Part shown: in pieces, positions 9,594-18,294 of the stretch | Layout of the letters: each line of letters starts with the position of its first letter | Numbering within the stretch: position 1 is the first letter of the stretch | Origin: Spirulina sp. | GTDB lineage: Bacteria > Cyanobacteriota > Cyanobacteriia > Phormidesmidales > Phormidesmidaceae | NCBI GenBank assembly: GCA_044070495.1 | Contig: JBIPSI010000025.1 | Span: 1 to 64,000 of the forward strand | DNA length: 64,000 nucleotides | Reading direction: 5' to 3' | Notes under the pieces: model-generated | The model's input: only the letters and a program-made list of their open reading frames with translations | Told to the model about the DNA's origin: nothing | Database searches by the model: none | Made by a program: the position numbers and the translations under genes

Positions 9594-10179
9594 CGTTGTG
9601 CCAACCATTGTTGTTCGGCTTCGGTTAGGGGTGGCGGTGGTGGGGGTTGGCGATAGTCTATGCGGCTGAAATAGCGGCCTCGCTGATAGATTCCGGCAAA
9701 AATAGCCTGGAGATCCAGCCCGATGGGAGCATCGTTGGGGCGCAGGGGAATCGGTAGATGGAGCAGTGGATCGCGTATTGAAAAGGCATAGAGGTCGGCC
9801 CTGGGCGTTGGGGGCTGGCGCTAACCAAAATGCGGTAATCGCTATCGACCACGTTACCCACCATGGCCATGGGTGCCCCGGTTCGGAGTAGGTCAATTTC
9901 TACTAAATTCGTCAAACTACCGAGTACCTGACGCCGCTTTGCTTCGTAAACTTGGCGACCTTGTCCAGGGCGCTTATTGGTGGGAGAAAGCACCTCAAGG
10001 GCCGTTACCACATCCCCGGTAGCCAAATCCCGAATGTCTAAATACCGTTCCGTCACGTCCTCCAGCATGGGCACCTGCACCGATTGAGGCCGTACCTGCG
10101 TAGCCACACCTCCCCCCCCCGTTAGGCTTTCCTCCTACTGATCCAGACAAGGATCCATGCCCGGAAAGAGTGCCGTCAT
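9594..10179 (-). pseudogene. DUF4058 family pseudogene
   Basis: MTALFPGMDPCLDQ then TAG (10135-10137); core EVLSPTNK...VEIDLLR in ORF 9658..10107; frameshift near 9800 to RADLYAFSIRDPL...IDYRQPPP..LTEAEQQWLAQRLP*. Confidence 0.85.
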
Positions 10180-10285
10180 CGAGAAAACACGCCCCAGTAA
10201 CACCCTAATCCCATCATAGAAGACTTCTTAGAATCTCCTAGCGTTGGCTAACTGCTACGGAGGGCATGTCTTTGGCGTGCCGTTC

Positions 10286-10510
10286 ACTACGGTAGCCGTT
10301 GCACCACCCATTGTTGCTCGGTCACGGTTAGAGGGCGTTTGAAAAGGGTTGCCTCAGGTGCGATTGGTCGCTAGATCGGTGCGAATCTACGGGATTTTTG
10401 ACGACTGAGGCTGACCTCATCGGTATAACTTGGGACAAGCTTCGGCTTTTCAAACGTCCTCTTAGGGCGAGCGGTGGTGGATGTTGGCAAGAGTCTATAT
10501 GGCTGGATAC
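10286..10510 (-). pseudogene. second DUF4058 3' remnant, interrupted by a MITE
   Basis: encodes ...LTVTEQQWVVQRLP*; colinear with 9594-9675 once 10331-10464 is removed. Confidence 0.75.
10331..10461. mobile_element. 131-bp MITE, IS5-family-like ends
   Basis: 16-bp TIRs GAGGGCGTTTGAAAAG / CTTTTCAAACGTCCTC (1 mismatch); TTA duplicated on both sides. Confidence 0.9.
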
Positions 10511-10550
10511 CCTTGTCATCTGGCTTATCGGATGGCAAGGGTATCCAGCC
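10501..10550. repeat. 20-bp inverted repeat with a 10-nt loop
   Basis: GGCTGGATACCCTTGTCATC / GATGGCAAGGGTATCCAGCC, one G-T pair. Confidence 0.85.
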
Positions 10551-10977
10551 TGCTAAAAGTTCACATAAGCTGCCCCTTTGATTATCTTCCCATAAAGAAT
10601 CGATGGGAAGAGGTCAAGGTGCTAAGGGAATTTGCTTAACTTGAATTTGAAAGATTCAGAGCATTTACCATTTCAATAGCTCTAGATATTCAGGGAATGA
10701 GCGACCGCCAGAAGCATCTAACTATTTTATTTTGGCGAGCATCTCACCACGTCTAATTCTTCAATCCATCGCCAGAGCATCTGACTTTTCAGGTTTGCAG
10801 GGTGTTTTGGGGCTTTTAGTAGCACAGACTATAGCTGGGCTGCTGAGGCTGCTATGCACCAATGGGTGATGGAATATTCGCATAACTCCGGTGGCATCAC
10901 TCAGATAGATGATGCCTACCAAAGGGTGCCTGCCAGATTGATTAAAAGCACCAAAAAACTTTAAGGAACTAATCGCA

Positions 10978-11673
10978 ATGATGAAATCTCTGACCACTAA
11001 AGCTGCTGTTGCTGCCGTTGCAACGGCGACAGCCTTAACGCTAGGAAGTACTGCTGAAGCAGCCTCAATATCTACTGGGGGCGTATGGACAACGGCCACC
11101 CCAAATGGTGCTATTTCAGGTGTTGGTACCAATACAATTTCTTGGGGTACCCCAGCGGAGAGTGGCGGCCAAAAAAGTTCCTACGTCTTTGCAGGTCGCT
11201 CCACTTTCACTGCACCAACCGATGGAACTAAGTTTAGCCTAGGCGAGTTCACCCATAACAACTTCCCTATTACAGGAACGACTCTAAGCGAAGCTAACCT
11301 CGAGGTCAGTCTAACAGGTGACATTAGCAAAGTTTTCAACTTTGTATTCAAGCACATTGAAACACCCAACAACGCAAATCCCTGCGCTGAAGGTGGTGAT
11401 CAGCCCTGTCCTGACCGGGTGTTCTTGCCTTCCCTATTTTCCCAAGAGACGGTCAACATTGGCGGTCAGGACTTATTCCTGAAAATCTCTGGTTTTGAGG
11501 TAGATGGAGTGACTACACAGTCCTTCCTAACCAAGGAAAACCAGGCTAACACCGCCTTCCTGGTGGGGCAGTTTACCCCCGTGCCGACTCCGGCTCTGCT
11601 GCCCGGCTTAATTGGCATGGGTATTGCTGCCCTGCGCAAGCGCAACGGTGAAGCCGACGAAACCGAGGCATAA
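10978..11673 (+). CDS. PTPA-CTERM sorting-domain surface protein (THxN / choice-of-anchor K-like)
   Basis: signal peptide ending AEA, FTHNNFPI motif, C-terminal VPTPALLPGLIGMGIAALRKR. Confidence 0.88.
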   Translation: MMKSLTTKAAVAAVATATALTLGSTAEAASISTGGVWTTATPNGAISGVGTNTISWGTPAESGGQKSSYVFAGRSTFTAPTDGTKFSLGEFTHNNFPITGTTLSEANLEVSLTGDISKVFNFVFKHIETPNNANPCAEGGDQPCPDRVFLPSLFSQETVNIGGQDLFLKISGFEVDGVTTQSFLTKENQANTAFLVGQFTPVPTPALLPGLIGMGIAALRKRNGEADETEA

Positions 11674-11831
11674 CCTCCCGAAGGGTGAGCCCTGCTCACC
11701 TGATGCTTTCAGCCATCACCCAGTTATACCTAAGACGAAGGCCCAGCACTTTGGCTAGTTGGGTGTTAGCCCACACAATCAGAGGCTCTGACGCTGGTGG
11801 GATCATGTTCCATTTCTAGCGCTTTTATAGT

Positions 11832-11871
11832 CGCGACCTTGCATTAAATCAAGGTCGCGCTTTCATTTTTT
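11832..11871 (+). terminator. intrinsic terminator-like hairpin
   Basis: CGCGACCTTG/CAAGGTCGCG stem followed by a T-rich tract, between convergent genes. Confidence 0.6.
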
Positions 11872-11987
11872 ACAGCAGCGGATGATGCACCAAAAGTTTT
11901 TTCCAAGTCTAAATAGCTAATATGATTGCGCGGTTCATAACAGCACTAGCCAGGATATGAAGCAGCAACAGGTGAAGTGTGTTTACC

Positions 11988-12602
11988 CTAGCGGGGTTGG
12001 GATCCCGTTGGCACTGAGGAAAACTCGGTCATTCGGGTTTGGGTGCGCAAATTTTGGCAGCGCAGCAATTCATCTTTGGTTAGCACGCGGCGACCCTCTA
12101 GGGCAGGTACCGCCTCGATGGCGCGAATCAGGGCGTTGGCGGCATCGGTTTGGGTGTAGCCTCGGCGTTGGGCCACCTGCACCGCCCGATCATCGGCAGC
12201 GATGTCGGTTTGGGGGCCATTGACCCGCCGCCAGAGTTGCCAGCCTGCCAAGGCGGTGACGCCCCCTGCTGCCAACACCCCAACGGCGTCCCCCTGCATG
12301 AGTTCTAGCAAGCCTCCGGCTACGCCAGCCCCGGCCAGGAGTTGATACCCGTTGGGCTTCAGCAGGTTGGCCAGCATTACCCAGCTAATGGTGCGTAGGA
12401 AGATCAGGTCTCGTTCCGCGACCGAGAGGTGTTGCCACAGATCCATATTGAGGGTGACGCAGTGGCTACGTTGCCAAGGACGCGGGAATTCTGCCTTGAT
12501 GACTGGAATCTGGCGGTCATTGAGGATGAGCTTAATTTTCATGCGGGCCGAAGCCGGCATTAGTTCTTTGAGGCGTGTAACTTCAGTGTTGGGGTTAACC
12601 AC
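11988..12602 (-). CDS. DUF3318-like cyanobacterial membrane protein
   Basis: RLKELMPASARM, ERDLIFLR, ADDRAVQVAQRRGY, LLRCQNLR. Confidence 0.8.
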   Translation of the reverse strand: MVNPNTEVTRLKELMPASARMKIKLILNDRQIPVIKAEFPRPWQRSHCVTLNMDLWQHLSVAERDLIFLRTISWVMLANLLKPNGYQLLAGAGVAGGLLELMQGDAVGVLAAGGVTALAGWQLWRRVNGPQTDIAADDRAVQVAQRRGYTQTDAANALIRAIEAVPALEGRRVLTKDELLRCQNLRTQTRMTEFSSVPTGSQPR

Positions 12603-12734
12603 AGCAAGGCCTATCCCGACAAAATTAACCCTAGCCTACCACAGCTTCCTATCCTCGCATTTTGGAGAATCCTAGGGGGCAGAAGTCCCGCGCGGTCTGG
12701 GTTATCTCGGTCTCCAGGCTCCGGCAAACGGCCC

Positions 12735-13868
12735 TTATCCTGGGGGAAACGGTGCGATGTCAAGCCGTTGTTCGCAGAGGTCGAGCAGGTGGGGAGTGAT
12801 GGTTTGGCGGCTGGGCATCTGGTGGCTGATGGCAATATGACGCACCAGGGTAAGGGTTTTGTAGGCGGCGATGGCATCGGGGTGCAGGGCGGGATTGAGG
12901 CGACAGGCCCTATTGACAAAGGCTTCTTCCTGGGCAAGGTAGCCGTCAGGATAACCTAGGATACGCAGGCTTTGCTCGGTGAGGTGGGCGATGAAGTTGC
13001 CGATATCGAGGGCCGGATCCCCGGCGCAGTAGAGGTCAAGATCCAGCAAATATAGGTAGCTGGGCTGATCCGACTGGCCTGATTTGTCCGCAATCAGCAC
13101 TTGGTCGGGGTAAAAGTCGCGATGAATACCCGTGGGGGTGGCAGGGGACAGAGCATTCGCGAGGACGGTGCAGCGTTCTAGCAGACGATGAAGGCGATCC
13201 TGCCAGTGGGGATAGGCGAGGGCAACAACGGGTAGGCGTTCGTGGAGAATTCGCAATTCGTCCTCTAGGGTGTGGCGCTTGGTGGGGGAGATGTTGGCGC
13301 GATGCAGCTTGGTGATGGCGGCGGCGATGTGATCCCACAGAGCCATGGGATAGGGTTGTTCTGACACCTCCGAGACCATCCGTCCTGGCACCCATGCCTG
13401 AAACCATAGGTGAAAATCCGGCACCATGCCCAGGGGTTCTGGCACCGCAATGCCGTCGGGGCTGTGGTCGCTGAAGCCTTGCTGCCAAAGCTGTTGCTGA
13501 AGGCGATAGGTGCGCTGGTCGGCCCCACGGGATCGGCCTTTGCCGAGCAGGGTCACTTCACCACCATCAGCCAGGGTGACATCGTAGGCTATCAACGCCC
13601 GCCGACCAGGTTTATGGCGCAGTAATCGAATCGCCCTAATCGACACCATCTGCCCCAACATGGCCGCTAGGCGAGGAGTCATTGCTGTCGTATTCAAGGC
13701 AGGCGCAAGGGCGGCCAGGGCAACGTCTTGGGAAAGATCAGTAACCATGGGCAGGACGGCGAAGTAGGTGATGTCAACACGTAACGACTCAGGCTGTGGC
13801 AGGGGTAATGTGCGTAACTGGCCTTGCAGGTCTTTGACCTCAGCTTCCAAGCGGTTCAGACGCTCCAA
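12735..13868 (-). CDS. aminoglycoside phosphotransferase (APH)-family kinase; start uncertain
   Basis: RHKPGRRALIAY, HRDFYPDQVL, LDLDLY..GDPALDIGNF. Confidence 0.8.
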   Translation of the reverse strand: MERLNRLEAEVKDLQGQLRTLPLPQPESLRVDITYFAVLPMVTDLSQDVALAALAPALNTTAMTPRLAAMLGQMVSIRAIRLLRHKPGRRALIAYDVTLADGGEVTLLGKGRSRGADQRTYRLQQQLWQQGFSDHSPDGIAVPEPLGMVPDFHLWFQAWVPGRMVSEVSEQPYPMALWDHIAAAITKLHRANISPTKRHTLEDELRILHERLPVVALAYPHWQDRLHRLLERCTVLANALSPATPTGIHRDFYPDQVLIADKSGQSDQPSYLYLLDLDLYCAGDPALDIGNFIAHLTEQSLRILGYPDGYLAQEEAFVNRACRLNPALHPDAIAAYKTLTLVRHIAISHQMPSRQTITPHLLDLCEQRLDIAPFPPG

Positions 13869-14221
13869 TCACTTACTCACCAAGCTCACAACAGCGTCTT
13901 CCCCCTGCACATAGCCCCCCCGGTTCTCGGCGTCACTCAACGGTATCGAAGGCTTTGGATGGCTCACGACTAGACTCACGCTACTCGATTGGGCTTAACT
14001 TATCAAATACCAAGGCCTATTCTCAAAAAGCAGCGACTTTTTTAAGCCTGAGTAGTTACCCTTCTGTAAACAATTACTGCAAAACTCTGTTCCCCCAGAA
14101 TTTTGTAGCGCAATAGCCTACGCCCAGGGAATCCTAAAGGGCATCGTAGGCCAGTGGCGGAGTCAGCCCGACCCCCACGGCCAATTCTTTCATCCTGGGT
14201 AGTGTGATCCAGCCAACAACT

Positions 14222-15016
14222 ATGGAACGACGACGAGTTTTGCAAGTGCTGGTCTGGGGCAGTGCCGGAACCGCCCTCGGTTTAGGGGCAACATCGGTGT
14301 ATCAGGCCATGGCTGGGGAAACCGGACACCACTGGGGCTATGTGGGCGAAGCTGGCCCCGACCATTGGGGAGAGCTTTCCCCAGAATTTCAGGTCTGTGG
14401 TCTGGGCCGAGAACAGTCTCCCATTGACCTTAATTACCCTATCTCCGCCGACCTTAGTCCCCTCACCCTGGCCTATCAACCCGTGCCGCTGAAGCTGCTG
14501 AACAACGGCCACACTATCCAGGTCAACATCGCCGGTGACAGCGACAACGGCGGCAACACCCTAGACCTCGATGGCAAGCCTTACACCCTAAAGCAGTTTC
14601 ACTTCCACCACCCCAGCGAACACACGGTAGCGGGGGCGGCTTTCCCGATGGAAATTCACTTTGTCCACACCCACGAAGACGGCAGCATTGCCGTGCTAGG
14701 CGTTTTTATTAAAGAAGGGGCCGAAAATCCTGTGCTCCGGCCCATTTGGGAAGCCATGCCCTCCCACGAAAGCGAGGTACTGACGGTACGTAACGCCACC
14801 ATCAACCCCAGCGACCTACTGCCCAGCGAGGGCGACACCTTCCGCTACTTCGGCTCCCTCACCACGCCGCCCTGCTCGGAAATTGTCTCTTGGCTGGTAT
14901 TCCAAAGGCCCATAGAAGCCTCTAGGGCGCAAATTGAACGGTTTAGCCTGATTTTTGCCCACAATGCCCGCCCGGTGCAGCCCCAAAACCGCCGCATCCT
15001 GCTGGAGTCGCTTTAG
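14222..15016 (+). CDS. ecaA: alpha-class carbonic anhydrase, Tat-exported (EcaA-like)
   Basis: MERRRVL twin-arginine-like leader, QSPID, QFHFHHPSEH, EIHFVH, GSLTTPPC. Confidence 0.92.
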   Translation: MERRRVLQVLVWGSAGTALGLGATSVYQAMAGETGHHWGYVGEAGPDHWGELSPEFQVCGLGREQSPIDLNYPISADLSPLTLAYQPVPLKLLNNGHTIQVNIAGDSDNGGNTLDLDGKPYTLKQFHFHHPSEHTVAGAAFPMEIHFVHTHEDGSIAVLGVFIKEGAENPVLRPIWEAMPSHESEVLTVRNATINPSDLLPSEGDTFRYFGSLTTPPCSEIVSWLVFQRPIEASRAQIERFSLIFAHNARPVQPQNRRILLESL

Positions 15017-15068
15017 ATCCCTTTATGCCCTAATTGAGGGCCATCTGACTGACACAAGATTCTGCATC

Positions 15069-15128
15069 GGGCGCGAAAACCGCGCCCCTACAGCATTGGT
15101 TTCATGTAGGGGTCAGGTCTCCTGACCC
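15069..15128. repeat. inverted pair of GTAG-type REP-like hairpins
   Basis: GGGCGCG-AAAAC-CGCGCCC-CTAC and GTAG-GGGTCAGG-TCT-CCTGACCC, between convergent genes. Confidence 0.7.
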
Positions 15129-15162
15129 TTTGACCGATATGGGTTCTAGCAAGTTTTGTCAG

Positions 15163-16479
15163 TCAACCAGGATTGAGGGTGTCCAGAATTTCCCGAAACC
15201 TTGGCCGTTGGTCGGGCTGCATACAGCGCTGTTGAAGCTGGCGCAGTTGGGCGTAGGTGGCGGTGGCGGCATCGTCGGCGTCGGTCATTGGGCAGCGATC
15301 TAGCAGATCTTCTAGCAAACAACCAAAGGCGCGAACCTCTAGGCGCTCCAGGGCTTGGCCCAGGGCAGCATCCTCCACGGGATAAAAAGAAGCCGCGCCA
15401 AAGTCCCCCAGTTTGGCATCGCCGCTGCCGTTATAGAGGGTGTTGTGGGGATATAAATCACCATGTAAAAGACCCCGCTGGTGCAGGTGATGGGCGGCGG
15501 CAGCGACACTGTGGGCAATGCGGATCGCCACGGGGAGGGTAAAGGTGCGGTCGGGGGGGTAGGTGTCGCGGGTGCAGCTTTCTAGGCTGGGCGGGCCACC
15601 CAGAACCTGGTAACTGTCAGGAATCAGCGGAAACACAAGCCCCTGTTGACCCTTGGGATGGTTGTCCACCTGGCCGATGGGGCTGACGATCTGATCGTGC
15701 TTTCCGGCGGCGAGACAGGCCCGGATTTCGGCATTGGGATAGCCGTCGCTGGTGATGTCCCCTTTGAAAAACTTGATCGCGACTTCCCGATCCCCATGCT
15801 CCGTTTTCCATACACCCTTGGAAATCACCCCCGACGCGCCCTGGCCCAGCACCTCGCCTTTGACCAGAGCGGCCCAGTCAATCACGGGTAGGTCGTCGCT
15901 GGAGAGATCCGATCCCTCGCTACAGAAGGGATTGCCCGCATAGGCCAGCCAAGAGAGCCGGGGTAGGGCTAGCAACCAAGGGGGCAGTTCCGTCAGTTGG
16001 TTGGCGGCGAGACGGATCAGTTCTAGATTGCGACAATGGGCCAGTTCTGGGGGCAGGGTTTGGAGGCGATTTCCGGCCAGCATCAGCTTTTGCAGATTTT
16101 TTAGGGAACCGATGGAGGCGGGCAGGGCTTCTAGTTGGTTGTCGGTCAAAATCAGCCAGCGGGTTTGGGGCGGCAGGGCATTTTCTGGCAGGTGGGTGAT
16201 GCGGTTGGACTTGAACCCCATCATTGCCAACTTTGGACAGCGGGCCAATACCTCCGGCACCGTCTCGAACCAATTATTGCTGAGGAAAATCACCTTCAGC
16301 CGATGCAGCCGGGGCAGGTCCTCTGGCAGGGTGCTGAGCTGATTGCGCGATAGATCCAGCACCTCCAGCGAATCGGCCAGATCAAAAATTTCCGGGGGAA
16401 AGGTCGCTAGATTGGCGGACAGGTTCAGCCGTTGGAGGCCCGCCAGTTGCCCCTGGCGCAGTTGGTCGAGGGTGTGCAT
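15163..16479 (-). CDS. leucine-rich-repeat protein kinase
   Basis: LxLxxNxLxxLP repeats; GQGASG, VAIK, HGDLYPHN, GDFG. Confidence 0.9.
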   Translation of the reverse strand: MHTLDQLRQGQLAGLQRLNLSANLATFPPEIFDLADSLEVLDLSRNQLSTLPEDLPRLHRLKVIFLSNNWFETVPEVLARCPKLAMMGFKSNRITHLPENALPPQTRWLILTDNQLEALPASIGSLKNLQKLMLAGNRLQTLPPELAHCRNLELIRLAANQLTELPPWLLALPRLSWLAYAGNPFCSEGSDLSSDDLPVIDWAALVKGEVLGQGASGVISKGVWKTEHGDREVAIKFFKGDITSDGYPNAEIRACLAAGKHDQIVSPIGQVDNHPKGQQGLVFPLIPDSYQVLGGPPSLESCTRDTYPPDRTFTLPVAIRIAHSVAAAAHHLHQRGLLHGDLYPHNTLYNGSGDAKLGDFGAASFYPVEDAALGQALERLEVRAFGCLLEDLLDRCPMTDADDAATATYAQLRQLQQRCMQPDQRPRFREILDTLNPG

Positions 16480-16757
16480 CGTGGGTTTTCGGGGATACTC
16501 TGCCCACTGTGCCATGACTTGGGGCGACGGTGATCGCGGCTTCTGTGGTGCGTCCCAACTGAGTGGATTGCCAACCCCAGCGGACGTGGACGGAATGGAT
16601 CAGACCCGTCAGGGCAAATTAGCGTAGGGTAACCCATGGGGAAATGGGTGAAACCCTATTGATCGGGAAGCCGGGGAGGGAATTCGCTAAAATCGGGGCA
16701 GCGTTATCCAAGCGCTTTGTATAGGGTTCAGGGCCTCCTGGGCCGCCTTCAGCCGCC

Positions 16758-17201
16758 ATGATTCCCTCTGCCATGAGCCATGATGTCCCTCAACGGCCAC
16801 CCTTCCAGGCCCATCAAATTGTTTATCTGATCTGCGAACAACATCGCCTCTACACAGAGGTGATTGAAATTCTATCGGAGCGGCAACTGGCCTGGGTGAG
16901 ACCCCTAGCCCTAGTGACACCGGAGAACGTGCTACCCCTATCTGCTAGCATCGCCTGGGGAGAGATGCCGTCAAGGGCTGACCAGCCGACGATCCCAGAT
17001 TTGCTCTGGCCCCTAGACCAGTTTTACCCTGCCCTGGATACCGACTTTGTGGCCCTATGGGCGATGATGCCTACTTCACCGCACAAAGGGGAGTCGGTCG
17101 CTCACAGTGCCATCGTTTCCCAATTTACCCGCCGCCTATGGGAAACAACCCAGGGAACAGCCCGCCGCCCCGCCTCTGGGGCTGGGGGAAGTGAAGCGTA
17201 G
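16758..17201 (+). CDS. conserved cyanobacterial hypothetical protein
   Basis: RLYTEVIE...WVRPL, DLLWP...F.PALDT motifs. Confidence 0.65.
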   Translation: MIPSAMSHDVPQRPPFQAHQIVYLICEQHRLYTEVIEILSERQLAWVRPLALVTPENVLPLSASIAWGEMPSRADQPTIPDLLWPLDQFYPALDTDFVALWAMMPTSPHKGESVAHSAIVSQFTRRLWETTQGTARRPASGAGGSEA

Positions 17202-17329
17202 TCCGTATTTTCACGATCAGGGTATTTTCGATAAATTTTCCGTGAAGATCCTACTGCTTCCGCTGGCCCAAACCTGACCCAGCGGAAAATAGCAACCACG
17301 TTTTCACCAAAAATGTCGCTACGGGGAGA

Positions 17330-17510
17330 TTTTGCCCAACCTGAGCGGTCTTCGAGCCTGGAACGGGAACCTTTCCCGCAGCACGAACGTCTCACAGGCG
17401 TCGGTATATTTCTGGATCACAACTCACTCCACCTATTAAGGCAAGTATCATTAGCTACCTTGATGTATGGGGTTTTCTTGGTCGGCCATGCTGCCGAGAA
17501 GCTTGGCAGC
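17330..17510 (-). ncRNA. ssaA: 6S RNA
   Basis: minus strand carries CAGAAATATACCGACGCC and CCCGTTCCAGGCTCGAAGACCGC, which I recall from cyanobacterial 6S RNAs; about 180 nt with pairing 5' and 3' ends; ends approximate. Confidence 0.8.
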
Positions 17511-17774
17511 TTAAGGTCTATTCGGAGAGAGTCCCCCTAGAGCCATGACGATAATAAAGCTCAAAACAAGTGACTTAAGTCACAGTCATAATCATTTCCT
17601 TGGGCTATATTCGGTGAATCTACGGATGAGTTGTGTTGATGATGCCTAGATGTACATCAAGATATGACCAACTCCCAAGTCTAGGGTGGTCAATGTTGAG
17701 GCAGGGCGCGTACCTTCGTAGATGTCAAAGCTACGTTTTACACTCATTAAAATCACGTAGGACACACCAGGAGT

Positions 17775-18113
17775 ATGTCGGGTATGCAAACTATGACTAA
17801 TGCTATGGCAATTGTGCAGGCCCAAGGATCCCTCAATGCCTCCAATGCCCAAGATTTTCACCTCAGCTTGGTGGAGCGTCTCCAGTGCGATAAGTCGGAT
17901 GGGCTGGTCGTTGATATGAGCCAGGTTGAGTCTCTGGATAGCGCTGGTCTGATTTCCTTGGTGTCTGCCCTAAAGCAGGCTCGCCAGCGCAGCAAGCGCT
18001 TCTGTCTCTGTGCAGTGCCCCCCACCATTCGCATCATTTTTGAACTCACCCAGCTAGATCGGGTCTTTGAAATGGTGGAGGACGTGTCCCACACCACGTT
18101 GTTAGCGGCCTAG
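17775..18113 (+). CDS. STAS-domain anti-sigma-factor antagonist
   Basis: VVDMSQVESLDSAGL, IIFELTQLDRVF. Confidence 0.9.
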   Translation: MSGMQTMTNAMAIVQAQGSLNASNAQDFHLSLVERLQCDKSDGLVVDMSQVESLDSAGLISLVSALKQARQRSKRFCLCAVPPTIRIIFELTQLDRVFEMVEDVSHTTLLAA

Positions 18114-18170
18114 TCAGGCTAACCATTCACGAGCGCCTAGACTCGCCTCTGGCAATTTATAGCCCTTACA

Positions 18171-18206
18171 GCCTTCACCGTGGCAGAGACCACCGTGGAG
18201 GTTTTT
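18171..18206 (+). terminator. intrinsic terminator-like hairpin
   Basis: imperfect GC-rich stem followed by TTTTT after the STAS gene. Confidence 0.5.
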
Positions 18207-18294
18207 GCTTTTGGGAGATTAGCCACCAAAGGGCGGAACTCCCCCGCTATAGTAGGAAGGGCCTGTTGTACTGTGATGATCTGGAGTCCCTACT

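Noticed and set aside
9596..10330. Direct repeats at about 9596-9630 and 10288-10330 as att sites or CRISPR repeats
   Set aside because: Both encode the C-terminus of DUF4058 paralogues
17313..17540. 75-aa plus-strand ORF
   Set aside because: Antisense to the 6S RNA-like sequence; no protein features
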